Assembly (NCBI GenBank): GCA_950097015.1
Contig: CATNEN010000030.1
Location: 372,001 to 436,000 of the forward strand
DNA length: 64,000 nucleotides
Source of the DNA: Macrostomum hystrix
Taxonomy: Eukaryota; Animalia; Platyhelminthes
Direction of reading: 5' to 3'
In this document: in pieces, positions 1 to 11,131 of the stretch
How the letters are laid out: the number at the start of each line of letters is the position of its first letter
Position numbering within the stretch: position 1 is the stretch's first letter
Position numbers and translations under genes: made by a program
The notes under the pieces: model-generated
Databases searched by the model: none
What the model was told of the DNA's origin: nothing
Seen by the model: only the letters and a program-made list of their open reading frames with translations

Positions 1-311
1 CCCCTGTTTTCGAATCGAGGCTCGCCTGCCGGTAGTGCCAGACTTTGCCTAAACACAACTGGCTATGGATTCTGCCCACTTTTATATACTCGGCGGGGCT
101 AAAGTTTTCGCTACTTTTGCTTCTTGTTTGTTTTTTTTTACTTTTATCTTTACAATGCTGTATTCAGCTTGCAACTTGTTCATCATGTTCTTCCTTGTAT
201 TCCTCTTCTTCACTCCCCGAATCTTGCTGTTACTTTTCACTTCCCCATTATCTCACCTTATCATCCATATTTTTACCCCCTTACATTGATATCCCTGGTT
301 CCAAGCTACTG

Positions 312-439
312 TCAAGCAACAATGACGCGCTTGATGTCACTCACATCGCAGAAGCACTTGTGGCAGGGCATCTTCTGCAGGCTGGTCACTCCCGGTGGTT
401 GGCCACTGTTGAATCGACTGCAACTGGTCCGGTGAATCT
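312..439 (-). CDS. Possible terminal coding exon of unknown gene (phase-1 acceptor; IHRTSCSRF...MPCHKCFCDVSDIKRVIVA*)
   Basis: Non-repetitive GC-balanced island after a pyrimidine-rich tract on minus with ccgcag acceptor at 440; open frame to stop at 312. No family recognised. Confidence 0.2.
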
Positions 440-462
440 CTGCGGAGCGGTTTCGGAGGAGC

Positions 463-1030
463 GATGAGAGATGGGACATGTGAGAGATGATACAGAGGTG
501 AGATGAGACAGGTAAGAGATGAGACAGGAGAGAGACGAGACAGAGGAAAGATGAGACAGGGTAGAGATAAGATAGTGGAGACACGACAGACAGGGGAGAG
601 ATGAGATAAGGGAGAGATAGGACAGGGGAGAAATAAGATATGGGAGAGATGAGACAGGTGAGAGATAAGACAGGTGAGAGATGAGACAGGTGAGAGATGA
701 GACAGGTGAGGGATGAGGCAGGTGAGAGATGAGACAGGTGAGAGATGAGACAGGTGAGGAATGAGACAGGTGAGAGATGAGACAGGGGAGAGATGAGACA
801 GATGAGAGATTAGGCAGGTGAGAGATAAGATAAGATAAGACAGGGGAGAGATAAGACAGGTGAGGAATGAGACAGGTTAGAGATGAGACAGGGGAGAGAT
901 GAGACAGATGAGAGATTAGGCAGGTGAGAGATAAGGCAGGTGAGAGATAAGATAAGATAAGACAGGGGAGAGATAAGACATCCGAGAGATGAGTTAGGTG
1001 AGAGATGAGACACGGGAGACAGACTGAAAG
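463..1030. repeat. Purine-rich degenerate minisatellite, ~16-bp unit GAGATGAGACAGGTGA
   Basis: Tandem units read directly. Confidence 0.9.
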
Positions 1031-2461
1031 GGTTTATCTTGTTGGCTAGTAAGTACAGTAAATAGTAAACCAAATAAGTAATTTAAAACTAAGCAAGAGT
1101 CTCTGCCTGAAACAAAGGGCTAAATGAAGTGTCCAGATGCAAGCAGCCGCTCACCTAGCTCGTCCCTTTGCTGGACGATGATCGCTTGGCTCAGCAGGAC
1201 GGCAATAATGAGCTGGAAGCCCGCCATTCTAATTGTCGGGAGCTTTTGATTCTATACACTTTCTACTTCAGTAGGCTGGTAGTGAACAGATGAAAATCGG
1301 CCTATTATAAAATTAGAGTCAGCTCTGTTACGAATTTTAATTTGCTTTCGGGTTGCTTTTTAGACCGCCGAATACACTCGATGGCCAACAATGCGGGATC
1401 CCAGCCAGTAGGGGCCATCGGTTGATTAGGGGGAGGCGGGGTGGGCAGGGCTTGGGGTGGCCACCAGATCTCTGGCCGTCCACTTGACTGTCGGGCCATT
1501 CCCTGGCCCAAAATTTGTCTGTGTCCCCATTGGTTGGAAGTTGCAGCCAGCAAACGTCGCACACACCACTGAAGAAGTGCTTTTCTCTCGCGTCTCTTTC
1601 TCTCTTCATTTTACACACTGTGCATGTAATTTTTGCTCAAATCGAATACAATTTTCAGATGAAAAATTACTAAGAGAGGTAGATAGAAAATAGAGTAGCC
1701 AATTGGTGCGCCTTTTATTATCACCAGGGTTTGTCGTTGAAAAGAAAAGATTCTGTCTTTAGATCTTAGGATGTGATAAAAAGTTCTTATTCAATAGAAG
1801 CCCCACTGTATTAAAGCATTAGAAGAATAAAGAAATAGTTTTTGTCTCATTTGCGACAGGCCTGTGCTCATTTTCTAGCCTTATCAAGATCATTAAAATG
1901 TTACAGTTTGAGTTTGGCATTTAAACAGCGAACTAACCCTGACATATATAAAACATAGCATCATTGTGGCTATTGGTCTCTGCCATCTTGCGTCATTACA
2001 CGGCTTGTAGGATACGAGAGCGCCGGTTTCTATGGCCCAGAGTCAGCTGGTAGACACGCAACGCTATCCTGGCACCATGTAAGATTATTATCGCATTATC
2101 TTAGTAAGGCCATTGGACAGCTGGCAGTTTCAGTTGGGGTATGATCTCTTTCTTCACTCACTCTGATATGTAGTAAAGTAGGCCTTAACATTAAAAATTG
2201 GAGAATCTAAGACATTGTCTAAGACGAAGACTAAGACTAAGACTAAGACTAAGAATTGTTTCTATGAACTTTCTGCCATTCATTCGATGGGAATCATTTT
2301 ATAAATCGAATAGTTATTACTTGTCATATGGTTACTTTAAGTAGAGAACTATGCACATTTTCGTTTTGACAAATACTTTTCTTATTCGTAGCATAAGGAT
2401 TTGTCTGTCTGATCGATATTCATTTCAAATGGATATACCCGCGGCGATTCTATTTTTAGCA

Positions 2462-2567
2462 AAGCGCACCTTTCTTAAGAGTATAGACGTGTGTATTGAA
2501 ATGGCAGCCATACAAGTAAGTCTATGGGACACGTAAGTCAGTATATACTCTTAAGAAAGGTGCGCTT
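2462..2567. other. Perfect 24-bp inverted repeat (hairpin/MITE-like)
   Basis: AAGCGCACCTTTCTTAAGAGTATA at 2462-2485 is the reverse complement of 2544-2567. Confidence 0.8.
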
Positions 2568-2653
2568 ACCTATGAATACCTATGTAGATTTCAGCCATTG
2601 AGCTAAAGTGGCTGCGTAATTTGTAGCTCTTATTGGATACATATCCTCATATA

Positions 2654-2949
2654 TCGACACAGTCTTTCGACACAGTCTTTCGACACAGTCTTTCGACACA
2701 GTCTTTCGACACAGTCTTTCGACACAGTCTTTCGACACAGTCTTTCGACACAGTCTTTCGACACAGTCTTTCGACACAGTCTTTCGACACAGTCTTTCGA
2801 CACAGTCTTTCGACACAGTCTTTCGACACAGTCTTTCGACACAGTCTTTCGACACAGTCTTTCGACACAGTCTTTCGACACAGTCTTTCGACACAGTCTT
2901 TCGACACAGTCTTTCGAAACAGTCTTTCGACACAGTCTTTCTGTGTCGA
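2654..2949. repeat. 13-bp minisatellite (CGACACAGTCTTT)n, ~22 copies
   Basis: Near-perfect tandem array ending in an inverted half unit CTGTGTCG. Confidence 0.97.
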
Positions 2950-3445
2950 ATGCACATATAACATATACGCTCGTATATCACAAATATTGTTAGTATCTGC
3001 AGCCTTAAATATGCATTAGCAAAAAATGTATTTGTACATTTCAAGCTGCTTCTGCGTGATAGCTACGAGTATATTTTTAGTCCTAATTAAAAGTCAGCTC
3101 TGGAGTGTCGAATGAATTATTAATTTCAAGCTCAACTCTCGTTAATAATATTTGTGTCAAGAAAAAGCAATTAGGTGTTGGAATTGGTCTGTAATTAAAA
3201 TTTGGAATTGAAGCCGCTAGAGCAAAAAACATTTCTTTTTTCCCAATAAATTTTTCCAATATACGTTGTCCGCTGCAACTAATTAATAGTTTCTTATAAT
3301 TCTTCTGAGTTTTTTTAGATCACGATCTTGACTGACAGCATGCTGGTTAGCAACAAATTACGAAGTACTAGTCATTTCGGTTATTTCTTGAACCCGGATG
3401 TGAAACGGATTTGTGATTACAACACAAAGCTGCTACAAATTCGCA

Positions 3446-3556
3446 ATTTGAGGCGCAGCCGCGGAGAGAAGGCTTGGTACAGTAGAGTATAGACTGTTTG
3501 ACAATGAGGAAATCTGGGCTGATGTATACACCTGTGTGTGTCTGTTGTGCTCAAAT
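3446..3556 (+). mobile_element. Degenerate, internally deleted fragment of the tRNA-derived SINE family
   Basis: GGCGCAGCCGCGGAGAGAAGGCTTGG and GATGTATACACCTGTGTG match the SINE body at 56.6-56.8 kb. Confidence 0.65.
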
Positions 3557-4126
3557 TTTCAGTGGAGCTGGCGTAGTTATAGTTAAAAAATGAATAAAAA
3601 TGAACTTTAAAATGTTTTTTTTTGTTTTAAAAAAGACATTATGATTGCTGAATTCAGTAAGTATTTTCTCCACTCCACTTCTTGTATACGCACAGTAAAG
3701 ACACACTATCTAATATTAGGAAGCATGCAAAAAACTTAACTCTTCTGTGATAATGGAAATTGCATAATTTTCTGTTTCAGCCCTTGAGATAGAGTCAGTT
3801 TGCACTCAGCTCTGATTGGCAGGTTCTAAGATCAAAAGAGCATGGCGGGTCACTGCTCAGTTGTAGCAGCTGGTCGTAAACACCTGGGCGTCATCCTATT
3901 AGCCGCGAAAATGACATTCCTTTAATTACGAGTATAAAAAAACTCGCTTCTTGTCGCAAGAAAATGACAAATAACTACACAATGCACTAAGGAGCTTGCT
4001 TGCCTGCACGCATAGGTTAACTGTCGTTTGTTTTTAATTATAGTACGTAATCTTCGAAGTGATGCTAAAATTTGTCTTAAGTTTGGGGCACTCTTTGAGA
4101 TTTGGGGCAGCAACTGGCTAAACTAG

Positions 4127-4943
4127 TGTTGTACTCGCGACTCCCCGGAGGGGTGCACCTAGGAGGGTCAGAGTACGCGGGCCCGTGCTGGCCTGCGTCA
4201 GGGCGCGAGTGTCCGCACGGGACCCTAAGTCTAGGGCGTCAGGACGCACCCAAGTGTCCGGCACACGCGTAGGGACGCTGTGATGTCGATCACCTTCAGC
4301 AGGGCGTCAGGGCGCACGAGCTGGCATCTAAGTACAGCGGGTGTACAGTACAGGGTGACCCCTGGCTGACTACCTGGTCTAGTCCCCCCCTTTAGTCGGC
4401 GTCAGGACACATGGACTGTCCCAGCTACAGCCCCCCGAAATGAAGGAGACAAGGCAGTGACTTACTTCTTGTCTGTACTTGTCTTGTCTATAAGTATCGC
4501 TCGCACTCGCGCGTGCGGTCAATTGCTTGCAGCTGACGTCTGTTCGCGGCTGGCAGACCGCTTGGTCTATATTTATTGTTTGTGCGTGGTGGGGGGACGG
4601 GTTATCGAAACGGTAGTCTGGCGTTGTAGAGCGCGAACACCAGCACGGGGCAGCCACCCGCCCCGGCCGCGCCTTTATAGGCCACGGCTCACCCGGAGCC
4701 GGGCCCCCCCGCCCCACCCACACCCCACCACCCCAGCCCAGCTAACCACCGGCCAATCACGGCGCAGCTGGGGGAGGGGCAGCCTGGGGCGAGGGCCACA
4801 CAGGGCGGCCCAGCCAAACAGCGCGCAGATAACACAATGGCGGCTAAGCGGCTTACACCGCTGAGCCTCTAACGCCAAAAAAACTGCGGTATGCCGCGTA
4901 TGGGGCGAGTGCACTTGAGCAGTGCAAGCGCACGTGCACAACT
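4127..4943 (-). mobile_element. Solo LTR (817 bp) with 5-bp TSD ACTAG
   Basis: Termini TGTTGTAC...GCACAACT (near-inverted); ACTAG at 4122-4126 and 4944-4948; GC-rich; on minus, GC boxes, TATAAA (4679-4674) then AATAAA (4577-4572), i.e. U3-R-U5 order. Confidence 0.7.
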
Positions 4944-4951
4944 ACTAGTGT

Positions 4952-5813
4952 TCATTGTCCCCTTTGCTGCTGCTGCTGCTGCTCCTGATCCTGCACCGGA
5001 AACGATTGTTTTGGTAGCTGGCTCTCAGTCGAAGCCGTAGCTGACCCCGCGCCAAGCTCGAAGTCGAACTCAAGGTCAAGCCCCGCGTTGAACGAACTGG
5101 GTCCGATGCTGCTACCAGCGGCCCTTCCCTGCGACGGCTGAAATCGGACTAGGCGCGTGAAGGCCGCCAGCTGCAGCAACAGTTCGGCCATCTCGCACAG
5201 CGTGAGCAGACTCACTGCCCAGGTAGAGGCCGAGAATTCCGCCAATGTCAGACAGCAGGTCGTAGATCTCGTAGGCCCAGCTTTCCTCGGTGCGCAGGCC
5301 GCGGCCCTGCGCGTCACCAACGCGAATTCGCAGCGAGAGGAGATTCTGCAGCGCGGTGCCGCTGCCAATAGAGCTGTAGGCGGAGTACAGGTTCCAACTG
5401 GTGCGGCGAACAAACTCAGAATTTATGCCCCCACCGCCGTTTAACGAAGAGGACGAGTTTAGATAGAAAGCGCTCGATTGCAGCCAGCGCTGCACCAGCG
5501 GCCGCAGGAAGTCGGCGTTTGCCACTGGCCACGTGTTGGACATGAAGCCGGTTGTGTAGGCCCGACTGATGCAGCGGTCCAGGCAGTTTGACAGGCGGCT
5601 GTCATTACCCGCAAGAATGCGAGCCCTGCGAAGGCAGGTCTCATTGTCCAGCAAGCGATCTAGTACGGTGGGCAGCTGGTGATAGACAGACGAATTTCCC
5701 GTGGCGGAGCTGTTGTCCCAGACGGCTGCGAACGCTGCTATTACCTGTGTATATTGTTGCCATAATCCGATGGAATTAGTACTATCATCACACAAGTCAC
5801 TTACCTGACGCCA
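4952..5813 (-). CDS. DEG/ENaC last exon(s): knuckle/palm, DEG site, TM2 and C-tail; frame changes at 5216
   Basis: ORF 5112-5795 gives ...SDIGGILGLYLG; ORF 4952-5413 frame gives VSLLTLCE...QQRGQ*. Confidence 0.8.
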
Positions 5814-7827
5814 CTAAAAATTCAAAAACTAGTCCTGTAAAAACTTGACACTCTGGGGAACTTTGCACCGATTATAAAAGGGTCTTCTACGAACCTCATT
5901 GATGACACTTCCGGGATCGGAGCTGACAATTCCGTCCATCAGTCGAGACAAATTGGCCCGGCGGGGCTTGTAAAAAAACTCATCGCTGATTGGCAAGCTG
6001 GGATCGACGAAGCCGCAGGTTTCTAGCAGCACCTGCTGGGCCACGCGGATGCGACAGTCCAGCGGTTGGCTGTTGAAGCCTCCCAGTGCCGGCTGGCCAT
6101 CGCGAATGACCATATAGAGCTCAGTGGTACCAGCAATGTCCGTCTCTGTGAGACAAGGCTCCTTGCGACGGTTCTTGGCCAAATATTCCTATTGGGATTG
6201 TTGAATAGAAAACTTTCGTATGAATTTACTACCTAAGTACGCACGCACCTAAGTACGCACGTACCCAAGGACGCACGTACCTTAGTACGCACTACCTAAG
6301 TACGCACTACCTAAGTACACATTACCTAAGTACGCACTACCAAATTACGCACGGTCATACGACGTATGACTATTTTGGACTTCGCACGTATGGTTTGCTT
6401 TAATATAAGGCTCTACATGCACGGGCAGGCATAAACTCAATAGGGACCTGATAACGCACGTCCACCACAGTCTCCTGTCCGCAGGAGGCCTCCACAGCTT
6501 GGCCGTTGCTTGGATAAGTGCCCGGCTGGTGGATGAAAACCATTGCGCCGCCGTTGGTCTGCATGTTGAAGGTGTCGCCTGGAAGTCCGGTTAGTGCGGC
6601 GTTCACCGCTGGCTCGAGCGAGGTGGCATCGACAAAAAGCACCAGCTTCAGCTCGTTGAGCCCGCTGACCTCGGTGCCAGGACGTCGACGCCGAAACTTG
6701 TCCAAGCTGAAGCTCAAGCAGGACGCGTATGCCGGCAGCGCCAGCGGCGTGAAGTCTCGAAAGTCGCAGGCGAGGCTGCCATAGGAGCAGCGGAGGAGCA
6801 TCTGGCTGGCCTGAGCAGCGAACTGGGACACGCGCGCGATGCCATAGGTGTCCCTGATGACCAGGTCTGCGGAATGGCATTTAGTTGCTATTGCTATTCA
6901 CCCAGAATATCAGATATAAAAATAAAAGTCTTTTTTACACCTGACTAAACGGTCGAGATGCGCAGCCGACAGCACAGCCGCAGCTTTTGCGCGGCGCATC
7001 TGAAATCTGTTTACAACTATTAAGTCCATGGACTGGATGGCGCCACACCCACCCTTAATTACCCTCGCTGATGCTGTATGCTGTAAATATGCATAATATT
7101 AATACAAGAAGGCAGGCGTAAATATTTATTAGTCTTATTATTAGCCATATAGGCTTATACGCTCGTAGGTCCTCACGCAACTTGCAAGCTCATGCTAATG
7201 GCGTCTGAGCTGCTGATGTCTTGATATAAGTTCCAACTTATATCAGTTTCAACATAAGTTGCCCACTTCTTTGGAGCATTAAACGGAAAGCGTACAAAAC
7301 TGTAGAAAGCGTGGAAAGCACAGAAATCACTGACTCGGCAGGTTGTAGACAGTGTCGTCCTTCACTCGCAGCAAATCAATGTCCAGCTCGTAGGTGCTAA
7401 ACTTTTCTAGCAGGTACTGGCGAACGGTGCGATTCAGGACGTCCCGCACATGCTGAATATCGTCATAGAGCGGTTGAAACTCAGGGCTGAGGTGGTAGCT
7501 GAACCCACCGCTTGTGGCGTTGCCAACCTGAGGCTCCTGCTTGAAGATGTTACTGATGCCAAACATCATCTCATTGCACACTGTCACGTCTGGATAGACA
7601 AAATCACTGCCTTTGGGATCCACCTTAGTGGTGATTGGCTCATCATAGTATTTGATGACCAGAGTGGACAGGTGAACGGTCAGGCCGCAGAAGGCGCAGG
7701 TGATCAGGCACAGCCAGCTCAGTTGAAGGCCTCTTGTTGGCTGGTTAAGCTTGCGGAAGCCGTGTGCTGTTGTGCTAGATGCAAAAAAGCGTAGTACGTC
7801 TTTGCGACGGGCCGATGGGTTGAGCAT
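4952..7827 (-). CDS. DEG/ENaC (ASIC/FaNaC-like) sodium channel gene, ~4 exons, +1 frameshift at 5216
   Basis: STTAHG pre-TM1 HG motif, TM1, YPDVTVCN, Cys-rich ectodomain, LLSDIGGILGLYLG and VSLLTLCEMAELLLQ (TM2). Exons ~7827-7335, 6866-6448, 6188-~5840, ~5813-4952; first two junctions are phase-compatible GT-AG. Confidence 0.92.
5840..6188 (-). CDS. DEG/ENaC exon 3 (CRIRVAQQVLLETCGFVDPSLP thumb region)
   Basis: cccaatag acceptor at 6189, phase 0; 3' boundary uncertain. Confidence 0.75.
6230..6350. repeat. Short degenerate 15-19-bp tandem repeat (CCTAAGTACGCACTA) in ENaC intron 2
   Basis: Tandem units read directly. Confidence 0.85.
6448..6866 (-). CDS. DEG/ENaC exon 2 (LLRCSYGSLACDF...GAMVFIHQPGTYP)
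   Basis: ccgcag acceptor at 6867; the frame continues exon 1; 3' donor is weak. Confidence 0.8.
6950..7075 (-). mobile_element. SINE 3'/core fragment in ENaC intron 1
   Basis: Reverse strand has GGGTGGGTGTGGCGCCATCCAGTCCATGGAC and CAGATGCGCCGCGCAAAAGCTGCGGCTGTGCTG, shared with copies at 21.8, 24.1 and 54.7 kb. Confidence 0.7.
7335..7827 (-). CDS. DEG/ENaC exon 1 (HG motif, TM1, PxVTVCN)
   Basis: ATG at 7827; donor GTCAGT at 7334, phase 1. Confidence 0.85.
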
Positions 7828-7926
7828 CCCGGAGTGACCATTGCCCCGCAGCTGCTGCTGATTTCCACTGAAGCATCGTGACTCTCCAACGGAATGGCCT
7901 GCGGGAGATCTGACCGAGAACGGTAC

Positions 7927-8005
7927 CAACCGTTGAAAACGGCAACCGTTGAAAACGGCAACCGTTGAAAACGGCAACCGTTGAAAACGGCAACCGTTGA
8001 AAACG
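7927..8005. repeat. 16-bp repeat (CAACCGTTGAAAACGG) x5, 100 bp upstream of the ENaC ATG
   Basis: Perfect tandem copies. Confidence 0.95.
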
Positions 8006-9814
8006 AAAAAGCGCATTCTTCTTACCGTATATTGGACTGAGCCTGTGTCATGTTGATGTCTGTATCAAAATATTTTGAAATGCCGCCTTTTCAGAGGCTA
8101 CGTTCAGAGGCAGATTCCTTACAAATCATTTTTAGTGCAGCAAAGGTGTACTCCTGCATGAAAAATAGCATCAATGGAAAGCTCTATAACCAATGGAAGT
8201 GGAGACTGTGATGTTGGGCCTCTGAGCGAATGACATCCACTGCCCACTTTCCCAATAATTGGGCCATGATTTTCTTATTTGAACTCCTAGGCGATTGTAA
8301 AGTACACATGCTTGTGTCGGTCTTGAACATGCATAAGCTTTCAGAACTCATCGTACAGGGCCCATAATGCCGTATGTAATCAAGATCCTTCCATTGATTG
8401 TTCAAGAAATGAATGGTTGGAGTATGTTTTGACTGTTTTGGCTATGGGCTAACACTACCTGATTCTTTTGTTGTTTGCTGTTTTTATTGCCTGTCCTATT
8501 TAGGTAGTAACGATAACACAGATTATTTAGTGTATTTATGTTCGTGCATTCATTATAGCCCATTTACCTCTTATGTGAGTCTGAGTGGGTCTGAAAATTT
8601 CTGTTTGATTTGACAACCATTCTTTAACAGCAGAAGGACCACGCATTTTTTTTCTGCTGGGGTATTCCAAATACCCACTGCCTACTTCACTCCCAAACCA
8701 AATGACCGAATGGTGCTTTTTGCCACCAGACACCCCGAGTTGTTTGCTAAGATTGAGCAAAAATAAAATTTTAGCCCGTGTTGGGGAATTTGGCTACGAT
8801 TGGTTATTGAAATTCGATTGCTTATTTTCGGGGGCATCCCATCTGATTGATAGACATATAGGTTTAGACCATTTGATTCCGACCATAGACAAAAAAAAAT
8901 TTCTCACGAAGATACAGTCACGAAGCAGCCAGTCAGTCAGTGGTGGCAAAACGTAAAAGCCGAATTCAAAGTTCACTTCAATGTTCCATATAATGCTCCT
9001 TATTTCGATGAGATTATGATATAATATCCTGGTTTTTGTCAAATAATCTCACCAAAAATTACCATAGACAACACATTCCCGGCTCAGAATAGTACAATTT
9101 TTTAACGATTAAATAAGAAATCGTATTTTATCGCAAATCATCTCTAAAGGGTGCAAAATATAGACTTTAAGTAGATAACTCATATAATCTACTTGTTGTC
9201 TATGGTTAAAGTGGCTTAAATCATCTATTCCCTTTTCTGATAAACATTTGGCAAGATTTAGATTGTAATTGCTCGAGAAAATCCATAGATTTTTTAGGTC
9301 TATTAACTAAGCAATAGTGGATAAAAGTGCATCATATTGATTAGAATGATGGTAACGATTGAGAAGAAAACAATGAAACAATTGTCTGATTGAGTACAAA
9401 TATTAAGCATACTATGAAGGCACCATTCATAACTGCATAATTTGTATGTGTAATTTTGGCTCAAACCCCGCGTACAGTTTGAGTTTGATCTGCTCGCATA
9501 GAAAAGTTGCTTAGCTGACTGACGCTTCTGTATGCAAATGGTCCCACAAGCAGTCGTTTTGCCAAATCGATTATCAGCTGCTTATTGAGTCTCATTCCCA
9601 TATCCCACTGGCTAAGCCAGTTTAACAATGGCAAGGGTAAATGACTCAGTGTTGGTAGCTTATTTAAATCACCAATATGAAACTCTTTAAAGAAGAAGTA
9701 AAGAAGACAAGTGCCGCCTCTGAACAGCCGAATTTTTCGAATTAACATTTTTCGTTTGTATTACAGCAGGAGTAAGTTATATTTTACCTGATTATAAACA
9801 CTGAGCTATACACT

Positions 9815-11107
9815 TGCTGACACCAGAGAACACTAGCCACAACGAGAGCTGACACCTGAGAACACTATCCACAATGAGAGCTGACACCTGAGAACACTAG
9901 CCACAACGGGATCTGACACCTGAGAACACTAGCCAGAAAGAGAGCTGACATCTGAGAACACTAGCCAGAAAGAGAGCTGACATCTGAGAACACTAGCCAG
10001 AAAGAGAGCTGACATCTGAGAACACTAGCCACAATGAGAGCTGACATCTGAGAACACTAGCCAGAAAGAGAGCTGACATCTGAGAACACTAGCCACAACG
10101 AGAGCTGACACCTGAGAACACTATCCACAATGAGAGCTGACACCAGAGAACACTAGCCACAACGAGATCTGACACCTGAGAACACTAGCCAGAATGAGAG
10201 CTGACACCAGAGAACACTAGCCACAATGAGAGCTGACACCAGAGAACACTATCCACAATGAGAGCTGACACCAGAGAACACTAGCCACAACGAGATCTGA
10301 CACCTGAGAACACTAGCCAGAATGAGAGCTGACACCAGAGAACACTATCCACAATGAGAGCTGACACCAGAGAACACTAGCCACAACGAGATCTGACACC
10401 TGAGAACACTAGCCAGAAAGAGAGCTGACACCAGAGAACACTATCCACAATGAGAGCTGACACCTGAGAACACTAGCCACAACGAGAGCTGACAGCTGAG
10501 AACACTAGCCACAATGAGAGCTGACACCAGAGAACACTATCCACAACGAGAGCTGACACCAGAGAACACTAGCCACAATGAGAGCTGACACCAGAGAACA
10601 CTAGCCACAATGAGAGCTGACACCAGAGAACACTAGCCACAATGAGAGCTGACACCAGAGAACACTAGCCACAATGAGAGCTGACACCAGAGAACACTAG
10701 CCACAATGAGAGCTGACACCAGAGAACACTAGCCACAGTGAGAGCTGACACCAGAGAACACAATCCACAATGAGAGCTGACACCAGAGAACACTAGCCAC
10801 AATGAGAGCTGACACCAGAGAACACAATCCACAATGAGAGCTGACAACAGAGAACACAATCCACAATGAGAGCTGACACCAGAGAACACAATCCACAATG
10901 AGAGCTGATACCTGAGAACACTAGCCACAACGAGAGCTGACACCAGAGAACACAATCCACAGTGAGAGCTGACACCAGAGAACACAATCCACAGTGAGAG
11001 CTGACACCAGAGAACACAATCCACAATGAGAGCTGAAACCAGAGAAAACTAGCCACAATGAGAGCTGACACCAGAGAACACTAGCCACAATGAGAGCTGA
11101 CACGTGA
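9815..11107. repeat. 32-bp minisatellite (CTGACACCAGAGAACACTAGCCACAATGAGAG)n, ~40 copies
   Basis: Tandem array ending ~25 bp before the ABHD14-like ORF. Confidence 0.97.
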
Positions 11108-11131
11108 GAAATTCCATGACAACAATCACAG

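Noticed and set aside
8184-9748. Short ORFs in the AT-rich ENaC/ABHD14 intergenic region as transposase remnants
   Set aside because: No recognisable motif; a TBLASTX against a repeat library would be needed.
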